Of a DNA stretch of 64,000 nt, positions 41,085 to 51,185 are shown piece after piece. A program made the position numbers and the translations under genes. Positions within the stretch are counted from its first letter, which is position 1; every line of letters begins with the position of its first letter. The stretch spans positions 2,618 to 66,617 of the forward strand of contig JAISOS010000007.1 of NCBI GenBank assembly GCA_031275485.1. Direction: 5' to 3'. The notes under the pieces were generated by a model, which was not told the origin of the DNA, did no database searches, and was given only the letters and a program-made list of their open reading frames with translations. Source of the stretch: Clostridiales bacterium (GTDB lineage: Bacteria > Bacillota > Clostridia > Christensenellales > JAISNN01).

Positions 41085-42737
41085 ATGAATATAAATAAGA
41101 CCGCGCGCACAAAAAGCGCGCCCGCCGTATTCAAGGCAGTCGCCTTAGTCAGCATAATTTCGATAATCACGCGGATTTTTTCTTTCGTATTCAAGATATA
41201 CCTCTCCCGCGCTTACGGCGCGGAGGCGGTCGGGCTTTACCAAACGGGCATTTCCGTATTTTTTCTGTTCGCGGCGCTGTCCGCGTCGGGCTTGCCCCTC
41301 GTCGTGTCGCGGAAGGTCGCGGAATTTTGCGGCGACAAAACGAAAGAATTTTCGCTCGTAAGCTCGGCCATGCTGCTGGGATTGTCGGTATGCGTGTTTT
41401 TGATCGCGGCGTTCGCGCTCTTTCCCGCTCTGTTCAACCTCCTGTTCACGGATAAGCGCGTCGTACCGATTTTCAGGATTATGCTACCCGCGCTCTTTTC
41501 CACTACCGTATACTGCATAATACGCGGCTGGTTCTGGGGCAAGAAAAACTTCCTAGTATTCGGCTTCACGGAACTTTTGGAGGAAATTTTCCGCATAATT
41601 TTCTCCGTGCTTTTGGCGGGCGGAATGATCGCGTCGATAAGCGGCGCGACAGGCATCGCCGCCGCCTTTCTCATATCCGACGCGGCGTCCGCGATAACGC
41701 TTTTCGCGCTGTATTTCGCACGCGGCGGTAAATTCGTCCGTCCGAAAGACATAAAAGCCGCCGCAAAAAGCGCGCTCCCCGTTACGGCGATGCGCGTGTT
41801 CGGCAATATCATAGGCTCGCTGTCCGCAATAATAATCCCGGCGCGTCTCGTAGCCGCCGGAATGGACACGGGCGAAGCGACGGCCGAATTCGGCAGAGTT
41901 TCTGGAATGGCGATTCCGCTTCTACTCGCGCCGCTCGCCGTAATCGGCTCTATCGCGGTAGTGCTGATACCCGAACTCGCGTCCGATTCCGCCGCCGACA
42001 ACACGGCGGTTTTGAATGAAAAAATAAACAAGGCGCTGACGGCCTCGATTCTCATTTCGGGCATATTTTTGTCGGTCTATCTCCCGTTCGGACGCGAGGT
42101 CGGCACACTGCTCTACAACGACGCGGGCGCGGGTCTTTACCTCCGCTACGCCGCACTTTTGATGCTCCCCATCGGCGTAAATCAAATAAGCGCAACGGTG
42201 CTGAATTCCGTAGGCAAAGAGGGCGGCGGCTTCGTCAATTTCGTCATCGGCACGGCGGTTATGATCGTCCTCATAGTCATACTCCCCCAATACATCGGCA
42301 TATACGCCGTCGCCGTAGGAACGGGCGCGTGCTATATCGTCACGAGCGCGCTGAATATTCGCCTGCTCAAAAAAAAGACGGGTATGCGCCCGACCTTTTT
42401 TAAGCCCCTAATATTGGTTTTGGCGTTTTCCGGACCTTGCTCCTTTATCGCCGTATGGCTTAGGAACATCGCGGCAAGCCGCATCCCCGAAACCGCCGCG
42501 CTGTTTCTGTGCATAGCCGCAGCGGCGACGCTCTATCTCCTATTCCTATGGTGTTTCGACCTCGCGGACATCAGCCGATTTATGATCGTAAAAAGAAAAA
42601 AGCCCCGCGTCAAACCCGCTTTAAAGCCGAACGCCCGCTCCGCAAATACGCAACCGGAAAATGCGCAATTTGCGAAAAAACAACAAATAAACGCCAAATA
42701 CGCAAACGCGCAATCCATATTGAATTTAAACAGATAA
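41085..42737 (+). CDS. MOP-family flippase, SpoVB-like
   Basis: ITRIFSFVFKIYLSRAYGAEAVGLYQ, SGLP and IIIPARL; many TM helices. Confidence 0.8.
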   Translation: MNINKTARTKSAPAVFKAVALVSIISIITRIFSFVFKIYLSRAYGAEAVGLYQTGISVFFLFAALSASGLPLVVSRKVAEFCGDKTKEFSLVSSAMLLGLSVCVFLIAAFALFPALFNLLFTDKRVVPIFRIMLPALFSTTVYCIIRGWFWGKKNFLVFGFTELLEEIFRIIFSVLLAGGMIASISGATGIAAAFLISDAASAITLFALYFARGGKFVRPKDIKAAAKSALPVTAMRVFGNIIGSLSAIIIPARLVAAGMDTGEATAEFGRVSGMAIPLLLAPLAVIGSIAVVLIPELASDSAADNTAVLNEKINKALTASILISGIFLSVYLPFGREVGTLLYNDAGAGLYLRYAALLMLPIGVNQISATVLNSVGKEGGGFVNFVIGTAVMIVLIVILPQYIGIYAVAVGTGACYIVTSALNIRLLKKKTGMRPTFFKPLILVLAFSGPCSFIAVWLRNIAASRIPETAALFLCIAAAATLYLLFLWCFDLADISRFMIVKRKKPRVKPALKPNARSANTQPENAQFAKKQQINAKYANAQSILNLNR

Positions 42738-43468
42738 AAAACAGTTCTCAAGCCGTGAACACACAATTTGCGAAAAAACAATAAACGAACGTCAAGCGCG
42801 GAAACGCCGCCCGTCTTGAATTTAAATATAACAACAAAGCAAACGCGTAAGATAGATTTAAACTTCTTCGCTACCATGCGGTTCATATAGATTACGGATG
42901 ATTTTTGTGCGAAACAGAATGCTCGCGGCGACTCCTAAAGAGTACGCGAAAAAAACGGCAAGTCTCCGTATAAAATAAAAAGCGATAAAATATACGGCCG
43001 ACGCAGTTCAAAAAAAATCTATGATTTCTATTTTTTATATTTCGCGCTTTTATCCGTCGCTCCGCGTCCGAGCGATTTCATTTCCGCCGAAAAATCGGGC
43101 GCGGTATACGCCGGATAGCCCGGATTATCCGCCGTATAGTCCGACGCGTATTTCGGAGCCGCATCTGCGGCGACGCGCGACAGCGCGTCTATGGAATAAG
43201 CGACATGGTCACTTCTCTTCGGTTTTTTCGCCGCATTCGCAACCGCCGCGTTTTTCGCCGCCACATTAAGGACCCCGTTGATCGAAGCCAATGTGCGCGA
43301 AAATAAATAATACTCTCATCTTACATTTCTCCCAACAATAGTAATTTCGTTGCGATTATGAAATAATTGTCTAGTTGCAATGAGACTAAAATTTTCCTGA
43401 AACAATCCAAATAACCCTCATTCGGGTTTATGTGAGTGTATGAATTTTCCATGCCTTGTGTCGTCCCT

Positions 43469-44566
43469 CTATTTTTTATAGCCCTTTGCATTGTCCCGCA
43501 GTTCTTTCTCGGCGAGAAGTATCTGCTTTTCCGCCTCTAACTCGCGTATAAGCTCCGCCTCGGTGGGAAGCGTCAGCTTGTATTTGCTTGCGAAAATCTG
43601 CGAATTCCCGCCCTCGGGGAAAGTATATTTTACCACGCTTTCGCTCTTATCGGAGCAAAGAATAATCCCTATCGGCGGGTTGTCGCCCTCGTTCGTTTTC
43701 TCCCGCGTGTAGTAGTTGACGTACATCTGCATTTGCCCTATATCTTGGTGCGTGAGGTCGCCCGTTTTTAGGTCGATAAGCACGAAGCACTTCAAAATGT
43801 AATTATAGAAAACGAGGTCTATATAAAAATGCCGTCCGTCAAAGGTTATTCGCTTCTGCCGCGATTCAAACGTAAACCCTCGTCCGAGTTCAAGCAAGAA
43901 CTTTTGTATGTGATTTATGAGTGCCTGTTCAAGGTCGCTTTCTAAGTATTGGTTTCCTTGCGACAACCCTAAAAACTCTAAAACGTACGGGTCCTTTATC
44001 GTGTCAAGCGGCGTTTTGTCCGGCTCCTTGGCGAGTATATCACCCTTTGCCGCCTCACGCCCGCCCTCACGGCTTGACAACACCCGCTCGTAACAAAAGC
44101 TGTTTATCTGCCGTTCTAACTGCCGCGTGCTCCAGTTGCCCGCCGTCGTTTCCTCTAAATAATATTGCCGTGCCCGCTCGTTTTCGACGCGCATTATTAG
44201 GCGGTAATGCGTCCAAGTCAATTCGGTACGCAGTGCGTTCCGATTCTCAAACGCAATATAAAACTGCCGCATAAACCGCAGGTTTCGCTCGTCAAAGCCT
44301 TTTCCGTATTCGGCGGTAAGCTCCTTTGCAAGCCCCGTAATCAATCCGTCACCGTAATCTGCGCGTTCTGCGCCGCCCTGCTTTTCGACTATCAAACGCC
44401 CGATATTCCAGTACGCCTCGACCATAGCAAAATTGACGGCGGCGTATGCTTTGCCTCTCGCCGAATTGAGTATACTGCGGACGCTCTCGAAAAGTTCTTT
44501 ATCAAGAACAACTCCTGTTCCGCCGCTTGTTGCGGGCGTTTTTGCGTCGCCGCTTTTCTTTGCCAT
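43469..44566 (-). CDS. DUF1016/YhcG PD-(D/E)xK nuclease-domain protein
   Basis: YWNIGRLI, NLRFMRQFY, LTWTHY, KDPYVLEFL, IDLVFYN, IDLK and GQMQMY motifs. Confidence 0.93.
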   Translation of the reverse strand: MAKKSGDAKTPATSGGTGVVLDKELFESVRSILNSARGKAYAAVNFAMVEAYWNIGRLIVEKQGGAERADYGDGLITGLAKELTAEYGKGFDERNLRFMRQFYIAFENRNALRTELTWTHYRLIMRVENERARQYYLEETTAGNWSTRQLERQINSFCYERVLSSREGGREAAKGDILAKEPDKTPLDTIKDPYVLEFLGLSQGNQYLESDLEQALINHIQKFLLELGRGFTFESRQKRITFDGRHFYIDLVFYNYILKCFVLIDLKTGDLTHQDIGQMQMYVNYYTREKTNEGDNPPIGIILCSDKSESVVKYTFPEGGNSQIFASKYKLTLPTEAELIRELEAEKQILLAEKELRDNAKGYKK

Positions 44567-44567
44567 G

Positions 44568-44802
44568 TTATTCTCCTTTTTTGTCGCCCGTCGCGCTCGG
44601 CGTGTCGGGAAATATGTCCATGATGTCTGCGACGTTGCAATCCAAAACGCCGCAAATCCTCACGAGAATGTCCGTCTGCAAGTTGTCGCCTCTATTGAGC
44701 TTTGAAACCGTCTACGCGCTCAATTGGGCGGCAACCATAAGGTCGCGCTTCTTCAATATCCTTATCAATAAGTAACTTCCAAAGTTTTTTATAACTAACC
44801 AT
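44568..44802 (-). pseudogene. Cro/C1-type (HTH_26) regulator pseudogene
   Basis: MVSYKKLWKLLIDKD, then a frameshift to KKRDLMVAAQLSA*TVSKLNRGDNLQTDILVRICGVLDCNVADIMD with an in-frame TAG. Confidence 0.8.
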
Positions 44803-44829
44803 TTCACGCCTCCAAATGCGTTTTACTCT

Positions 44830-44858
44830 ATTATATCACAAAATCATTAAATATGCAA
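44830..44858 (-). promoter_or_regulatory. sigma-A promoter of the HTH-DUF1016 unit
   Basis: TTGCAT-17 nt-TATAAT with TGn extension. Confidence 0.65.
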
Positions 44859-44906
44859 GCAAAAGTTGCGCAAGTGCGAAATTTATTTGCTCTCTTTCGC
44901 AAGAAA

Positions 44907-45009
44907 GCCCGACAAATGCCCGCACGCGCCTATCGGTTGTTTGTTTCGAGTATTTGCTTGACCTGTTTGTAAAATCGAACGTGGCGCAAATGGTGGCGTT
45001 GTGGCGCGC
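44907..45009. repeat. ~100-bp imperfect direct repeat, copy 1
   Basis: cacgcgcctatcggttgttt...cgagtattt...taaaatcgaacgtggcg aligns with 47411-47510. Confidence 0.8.
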
Positions 45010-45046
45010 CCTGCCGCCACATTGCGCTTATCTGTTCTTGACTCAT

Positions 45047-46494
45047 TTATTCCTTGTAGATGTTAAGCCACTTTTTTATTTGGTTTACTTTTGCGTCTGC
45101 CGTGTCTTTGCTCCCTGGCGAATTAGATAATTGAAAGTTGTGGCTGAACGACTTATATTTGCCCTCACTATGTCCTGCGGTACTACGGTCAATAGTCCAT
45201 CCGATTTCCCTTAATTGACTTTCAGCGGAAGCGTTTATTTCGGGGCTTGCTTTCAAAATCCTTTTTATCTTTTCAAAGAGTGCTTTCCCCTCGCCGTTTA
45301 GAGGATTTGCCTCAATCAGAGCGTCCGAGACTTCTGCCGCCCTTGTGCCGTCAGACGAACTCTTTCGGTAAAGCATTAGTGCCGAAACGACAACATCGTA
45401 TTGCTCTGCGTCAAAGAACTTTTTTATGCTCGCTTCCGCTATCAGTTTATCTCTGCAATCCGGCTCCTTTTCTAATGCCGCCGTTAAAGTTTCGCACCGC
45501 GAGGTCAATGTCCGATTCGCTTGCTTTAACGCCTCAATCTCTTTGCGTAAAATCGCGTTGTCGCTTTGTAACTTGTCCATATCGGACGCGAGAATATCAA
45601 GACACTTGTCGACCTCCGCCTTTGCCGTTTCCTGCTCAATTTTCTTGTGCGCTATGCGCTCCCATTCGAGAACATCTAACGTGCCCGCGTGCTCCGCCGC
45701 TTCAAGCTGTTGCGTTCGTAAATTCCTTACCTCGTCAAATACTTTCGTTTCAAACGCCGACTGATTATCGCCCGTATTTCGTAACGATTTTGGAAATTGC
45801 ATTGCGCCGCTATATACCCCGATATAGCCGTTATATGGAAATTTCCGCCGATTTTGTTTCTCAATTCAACTGATACAGTGTTGTTTGCTTCTTCTACGAC
45901 GTGAGCTATCCCGCATAAGTCCTTTGCCATCTCCGTCGTGTTTATCTCATGACCCATACTGTCTATAATCGTGCTCACGTATATCACGGGCAACCTGCAG
46001 GTCTCCTCGCCTTTTATAAGCCGTGCTATGTAATCGAGATTGTTCAAATCCGCAACTATCGGTTGACTGCCTATCTTAAACGCTCCGTCGCCCTCAAACA
46101 GCCCCGCCTCCGCCAACGCCTGAATTATGCCTGTTCGCATTTGCCGCCGTTGGGTGCTATAACCTACGCCGTACAATGAAGACGTCGCTATATCAACCCG
46201 AACCGTCTTTTTGTCGCCGCATTCTCTGTATATAACGTCGGTTGTCCATTGCATGGCGGAACTGACCCGCGCCTCATAGCGTATGCCTAAGGTCAGCGTG
46301 TTATCGTCCTTAACGCATAGGCGCGTTAGGGTATTGTCACCGATATCCCGCGTGAAGTCTTGTCCCGTGTCAAGGTCGTTTAGTGCTTCCGCCGCTTTCG
46401 CGTCGCCGCTCTTTATCCAACGCAAGACTGCGACTGTAACCGCTTCCGCCGTTACAATCGCCCTCGCGGGCAATGCTGTCGTAAGTACTTTCAT
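45047..46494 (-). pseudogene. Frameshifted hypothetical protein (N-terminal domain, coiled coil, possibly HicA-like C-terminus)
   Basis: Two overlapping ORFs join near 45840 (KIGGN / PYNGYIGVY) if one base is restored; heptad-rich middle region. Confidence 0.7.
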
Positions 46495-46507
46495 TTTGTA
46501 CTCTCCT

Positions 46508-47149
46508 TTACCTCCGTTGGTCGATTTGTACTATGCAATACTTCTTGTCGGAATAGTCGTAATCAGCCCATTCGTCCTCGTCCGCTTTTGAAGTTTTGCG
46601 TACTTGGTATTGCTGTCCATCTATGACGAACGTCGTCTTGTCCGCCTTTTCTCTGTTCGTAAATATGTGGACGATTTGCTTGTTCTCGTCCGTATCAACT
46701 CCGCCTTTGGATAGCGGCTGTATGTGGTCTATGTCCCACCCGTATTGCGAATTCTCGTTGCGGTATGCGCTTTTAATAATCTTGTTGCCCGCAAAGTCGG
46801 TCGCTTCGGTTACGTCGCCGAACTCGCGTTCCCAAAAACTCACGCGCTTATCGCCTATCTTGTAAACACCCCGCTTGCCGCTCTCGTCTTTTTGTACTTG
46901 ATAGCGGATGCCGTCAATCGAGTAAGTTATTTTGCCGTCGCGTAAAACGTGCGCCTCGTAACTCACTATGTGTAGATTGTCATCCGCTTTCGTTCCGCCT
47001 TGGTCTAACGGCAGTATATATTCAAGCACCCACCCGTACTGCGAGCCCGCTTGATTGTATGCGGCTTTCTTTATCGTCCGCCCCGTATAGTCGTTTGCGT
47101 CCTGTGCGCCTTGTCCAAAAAACTTTACCCACCATTCGCTTGCCGTCAT
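46508..47149 (-). CDS. Tandem-duplicated HNH endonuclease-like protein
   Basis: Repeat 2 has GWDIDHIQPLSKGG...N...H..TNREK; repeat 1 is degenerate (GWVLEYILPLDQGG). Confidence 0.85.
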   Translation of the reverse strand: MTASEWWVKFFGQGAQDANDYTGRTIKKAAYNQAGSQYGWVLEYILPLDQGGTKADDNLHIVSYEAHVLRDGKITYSIDGIRYQVQKDESGKRGVYKIGDKRVSFWEREFGDVTEATDFAGNKIIKSAYRNENSQYGWDIDHIQPLSKGGVDTDENKQIVHIFTNREKADKTTFVIDGQQYQVRKTSKADEDEWADYDYSDKKYCIVQIDQRR

Positions 47150-47171
47150 TTGCCGTTATCTCCTTGAAATC

Positions 47172-47206
47172 AAAAAAACGCTCTCTCGCTATATCCGAGA
47201 GAGCGT
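47172..47206 (-). terminator. Intrinsic terminator-like hairpin in the 5' leader of the HNH gene
   Basis: 11-bp stem acgctctctcg/cgagagagcgt followed by a U-tract on the minus strand, just upstream of the RBS. Confidence 0.7.
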
Positions 47207-47353
47207 CATGTTTATATGCTACGCTTCAAAGGTTATTTTAGGCTTCCTAAAACATTTCCTTTATTCTCTCTGTTATCGGTTTAATAAGCGAGATTAAGTT
47301 GTTGTCCGAAACGCCCATATCGGCTCGCGCCTCAATGTTTATATCATGTGTAT

Positions 47354-47383
47354 AGTCTAGCATATTATGAGATATCTTGTCAA
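47354..47383 (-). promoter_or_regulatory. sigma-A promoter of the HNH cassette
   Basis: TTGACA-18 nt-TAGACT with TGn extension. Confidence 0.55.
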
Positions 47384-47410
47384 GTATTTTCGCCCCGCAA
47401 AATTAAAATT

Positions 47411-47510
47411 GCCGATAAAACGCTTCACGCGCCTATCGATTGTTTTCCCGAGTATTTAATCGGACTATTTACTAAAACCGCACGGGGCGTGTTTTGGCGC
47501 CGCCGGGCGC
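47411..47510. repeat. ~100-bp imperfect direct repeat, copy 2
   Basis: cacgcgcctatcgattgttt...cgagtattt...taaaaccgcacggggcg aligns with 44907-45009. Confidence 0.8.
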
Positions 47511-47903
47511 GTAAATTTACTTGATCTTTTGGGTTATTTATGGTATTCTATGTATGTAAATTCGGGTTGCGAGTCGACTCAAAAAGCGGTTTTATCCGTT
47601 TTGACCCACAAATACGCGGTTTGATGACTATTTTCCGCTTTAATTTTTGTCGCCAATATACGCGATTCAAATCCCGTAACAGACTTCAAAGAGCGCGGTT
47701 CAAGTCCGCGCTCTTTTTATGCCGTTTGCTGAAAACCGTTGCACACCGTGCTTTATGACTATTTTAACACTAAATACCGTTATCCGTTTCGGTGAAGCAA
47801 GCTCATCTCTTTGAATTTCGTTATACTTTTCGGTGAAGCAACATCATCAAATTTGGCGCTACTTTCCGGTGATTACAGACAAATAAAAACGCCTACAAGC
47901 GGT

Positions 47904-48599
47904 CTATGCTATTATCGTTCCGCCGGAGCGGTTTTTAACGGCTTTGACTATACTGTTTTCGGCGTTCAGGGCAAACGCTATAATCGGAATTTTATTATCC
48001 ATACACATTGTGAGCGCGGTTTTGTCCATTACGGTCAAGCCGCGGTTTATCACGTCGAGGTAAGATATGCTGTCGAATTTTTTTGCGCCGCCGTTAATTT
48101 TCGGGTCGCTGTCGTACACGCCGTCAATATTTTTAGCGAGCAACAACGCGTCGGCGTGCATTTCGCAGGCTTTGAGCGCGGCGGCGGTATCCGTCGTAAA
48201 GTAGGGGTTGCCCGTTCCGGCTCCAAATATAACCACACGGTTTTTCTCGAAATGCCGCTCGGCTTTTTTGTATATATAAGGCTCGGCGATTTTCGTAATG
48301 TCGATAGAGGTCATGACTCGGGCGCACACGCCCTTTCTTTCAAGCGCGTCGCGCAGAGCGATGGCGTTCATTACCGTCGCAAGCATTCCCATATGGTCGG
48401 CGACGGTTCTGTCCATATCCCTGCCCTGCCTGCCGCGCCAAAAGTTACCGCCGCCCACGACGACGCCTATGTCCACGCCCATTTTATTTACTTCGGCGAT
48501 TTGACTTACGACGCCGTTTACCACCGCCTCGTCCAGACCGAAACCTCCGCCCGACAACGCCTCGCCGCTGATTTTTAAAATAATTCTCTTAAATCCCAA
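47904..48599 (-). CDS. pyrH: Uridylate kinase
   Basis: [29 protein letters not shown] and [11 protein letters not shown]; TTG start after GAGGTG. Confidence 0.96.
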   Translation of the reverse strand: MGFKRIILKISGEALSGGGFGLDEAVVNGVVSQIAEVNKMGVDIGVVVGGGNFWRGRQGRDMDRTVADHMGMLATVMNAIALRDALERKGVCARVMTSIDITKIAEPYIYKKAERHFEKNRVVIFGAGTGNPYFTTDTAAALKACEMHADALLLAKNIDGVYDSDPKINGGAKKFDSISYLDVINRGLTVMDKTALTMCMDNKIPIIAFALNAENSIVKAVKNRSGGTIIA

Positions 48600-48775
48600 A
48601 TTTTCGCACCTCTTTTTATCAGGTTGATTTTTAAAAAATTCCTTGTATAATAGATAATTACGTTCGACGGATACGCGTACAATTTTCCACATATATTTTA
48701 ATTGCGCAAAAAGCGCGGCTTTTCGCTTTATACGACGGAACAAGCGTCTGTCGCGCAATTTAAAAAGCGGTATCG

Positions 48776-48918
48776 ACGGATCTATTTAAAACTTGACGGC
48801 AATACTTTCAGGCGTTTTTGACGGCGCGTACTTCCGCAGTATGTAGGGAAAATACAACGCGGCGGCACGCCGGATGCGGCAAAAGATGCCGTAGGCGCAA
48901 CTCCGAAAGAGGTCTTAA
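48776..48918 (+). mobile_element. MITE-like family D copy
   Basis: Homologous to 40708-40864; a partial copy lies at 4143-4217. Confidence 0.75.
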
Positions 48919-48944
48919 TATATTTACTCCAAAAACATTAAAAT

Positions 48945-48975
48945 AAAAGCAATTATTAAATTAATAATTGCTTTT
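48945..48975. terminator. AT-rich hairpin downstream of tsf
   Basis: aaaagcaattattaa/ttaataattgctttt perfect inverted repeat. Confidence 0.5.
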
Positions 48976-48981
48976 TAAAAA

Positions 48982-49647
48982 TTATTCATTATTCATTTTA
49001 TTTAATTGGTCTTGAATTTCGTCGGCGAAAGTGTCCCTCTTTTTTTCCAACCCCTCGCCCATTTCGTAGCGAACGAATCTTCTGACCGTAATTTTCTCTC
49101 CGATTTTCCCGATGCTCTCGTTAATCAAAGCCGCGACGGTTTTCGCGGGGTCTTTCACATAATCCTGTTCGAGGAGGCAGATCTCCTTATAGAACTTGGA
49201 AACGCGTCCCTCTACCATTTTGTCGATAATATCGACGGGCTTAGGCTTAGGTTCGTTCAGCGCCTGAGCCTTTAATATTTCCTTTTCCTTGGCGACAACC
49301 TCGGCGGGAATTTCCTCTTTTACGATGTACGAAGGCTTGGCGGCGGCGATATGCATCGCGATATTGTGAACCAAATCCTTAAATTCGTCCGACTTAGCGA
49401 CGAAATCGGTTTCGCAATTGACCTCTATGAGCACACCGACTTTGCCGCCCAAATGAATATAGCTGTTGACAAGCCCTTGCGAGGCGATTCTCTGCGATTT
49501 TTTCGCTGCGGAGGCTATGCCCTTTTCTCTCAAATAATCAACGGCTTTTTCCATATTTCCGTCCGTTTCGGTCAAAGCTTTTTTGCAATCCATCATACCC
49601 GCGCCGGTTTTTTGCCGCAACGCGACGACGTCCTGACTTGTAAACAT
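48982..49647 (-). CDS. tsf: Elongation factor Ts (short form)
   Basis: LRQKTGAGMMDCKKAL and EVNCETDFVA motifs. Confidence 0.97.
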   Translation of the reverse strand: MFTSQDVVALRQKTGAGMMDCKKALTETDGNMEKAVDYLREKGIASAAKKSQRIASQGLVNSYIHLGGKVGVLIEVNCETDFVAKSDEFKDLVHNIAMHIAAAKPSYIVKEEIPAEVVAKEKEILKAQALNEPKPKPVDIIDKMVEGRVSKFYKEICLLEQDYVKDPAKTVAALINESIGKIGEKITVRRFVRYEMGEGLEKKRDTFADEIQDQLNKMNNE

Positions 49648-49731
49648 ACACATATCTCCCGTTATGCTTAAATTATATTTTTTTCGTTTATCATATTTTT
49701 TCGCCGCGCATTTTATAACTGCTATGCCGGT

Positions 49732-49893
49732 CAAACTTTTGAATCGCGCGTCGCGTAATTTAAAAGAAATTTAAAGCTCGCTTCAAATTTGGCGGGAATA
49801 CCCGCTTTTTAACGCCGTCACATTAAAAAACCGTAAAACACAAAAGCCTTTTACGTCCGCGTTACAGCGCGCCGAGCGCGGTTTAAAAGTTTA
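49732..49893 (+). mobile_element. MITE-like family E copy between rpsB and tsf
   Basis: Shares cccgctttttaacgccgtcac...aaaaaaccgtaaaac and TIRs with 11840-12013. Confidence 0.8.
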
Positions 49894-50038
49894 TTCACTG
49901 TACCGCGCACTTGCCATTATTTATAAACTCCGTCGCAGATTCCCCACCCTTAACGCGGAATATCGCGGCGAATCAAACGTACCGATTTCAGCCGCCGCTC
50001 GCATTTTTTAACCCGCGCCGTCACAAAACGCCTCCAAC

Positions 50039-50854
50039 CTATTCCGCTTCCGCAGTTTCGGTCTTGATTTCCGCCTTTTCCGCGCCGGCGGCGGCTTGCG
50101 CGAAGACTATATCCTTAAAGGAAATATTCTCCTCGCCTTCAACGGACTCGGGTTTCTCCGCGAACCCCTGCTCACCCTGTTTCGCCTCTATGACCGCGTC
50201 GGCTATGACCGACGCCACAAGCTTTATAGCCCTTATAGCGTCATCGTTACCCGGTATCACATAATCGCAAAGGTCGGGGTCGCAGTTCGTGTCCACGACG
50301 CCTACGACGGGTATACCCAAAAGCTTGGCTTCCTTGATAGCGATTTCCTCTTTTTTCAAATCGACGACAAAAAGCGCGCCCGGCAGAACCCTCATATTTT
50401 TAATTCCGCCGAGGTTTTTCTCGAGCTGGTCTCTTTCCGCGCGCAATTTCAGAACCTCTTTTTTGGGAAGCAATTCAAACTCGCCTATTAATTCCATCTG
50501 ATTGATTTTGTTCAAGCGGTCTATTCTGCTGCGAATAGTTTTGAAATTCGTCATCGTTCCGCCTAGCCATCTCTGGTTGATAAAGAACATTTCGCATCTT
50601 TCCGCTTCCTGCTGAATGGCGTCCTGCGCCTGCTTTTTAGTACCCACAAAGAGGATGGATTTTCCCTCCTTTACGACCGAAACGACATAAGAATACGCCT
50701 TTTCGATCATCTCCGCGCTGAGCTGCAAATCAATTATGTGAATATTGTTCCGCGCGGCGTAGATATACTTCGCCATTTTAGGATTCCATTTCGGGGTCTG
50801 ATGACCGAAATGAACGCCCGCTTCCAAGAGTTGCTTCATGCTGACTACCGACAT
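50039..50854 (-). CDS. rpsB: 30S ribosomal protein S2
   Basis: [20 protein letters not shown] and [10 protein letters not shown] motifs. Confidence 0.98.
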   Translation of the reverse strand: MSVVSMKQLLEAGVHFGHQTPKWNPKMAKYIYAARNNIHIIDLQLSAEMIEKAYSYVVSVVKEGKSILFVGTKKQAQDAIQQEAERCEMFFINQRWLGGTMTNFKTIRSRIDRLNKINQMELIGEFELLPKKEVLKLRAERDQLEKNLGGIKNMRVLPGALFVVDLKKEEIAIKEAKLLGIPVVGVVDTNCDPDLCDYVIPGNDDAIRAIKLVASVIADAVIEAKQGEQGFAEKPESVEGEENISFKDIVFAQAAAGAEKAEIKTETAEAE

Positions 50855-51120
50855 AAATAAAAAAAACCTCCGTTTTTATACCTCCCCCACGTCTCATTTA
50901 AGCGCGCAAACGCGGAACCGAGCATAGACATAATCCGGCTTCCGTATCCGCGCCTTGCCGTCCACAATACAAAACATGAGAGAAAAGTGGCGGCTTCCCG
51001 CGTAAGGTGCGTAATAATTTTAAATTATTTTAGCATTTATAGAAAAAAAAATCAATAAAAAACATATACAAAAAATTTTTTTTCAAAAATTTTTTTCAAA
51101 AGTTTAAAAATTTAAAAAAA

Positions 51121-51166
51121 TACGCGGTGAAAAATCTTTTTGCGAACAAAAGGCTACCCTCCGCGC
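51121..51166. repeat. REP-like family A copy (degenerate hairpin)
   Basis: tacgcggtgaaaaatctttttgcgaacaaaagg...ccgcg after the rluD stop. Confidence 0.7.
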
Positions 51167-51185
51167 AAACCTTTTTTTAAATTTT

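Larger units (their letters stand above)
43330..47800. mobile_element. Decayed accessory island between the spoVB-like gene and pyrH (boundaries approximate)
   Basis: MGE-type cargo (DUF1016, Xre, HNH), pseudogenes and no host REP repeats; no integrase seen. Confidence 0.6.

Noticed and set aside
42876-42967. Possible AraC C-terminal remnant (CG...TPKEYAKK)
   Set aside because: The match is too short and degenerate to support without a search.
43028-43318. 87-aa Ala-rich ORF, possibly a frameshifted secreted-protein fragment
   Set aside because: TTG start without its own RBS and no recognisable family; too weak to call.
44700-44730. In-frame TAG in the HTH gene as stop-codon recoding
   Set aside because: The same gene also has a frameshift and TAG terminates other genes such as murA, so this is simple pseudogenisation.
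47655-47720. ttcaaatccc / ggttcaagtcc as a tRNA or tRNA-derived att site
   Set aside because: No cloverleaf can be built, the second motif is the loop of a terminator-like hairpin, and no matching att copy was found.
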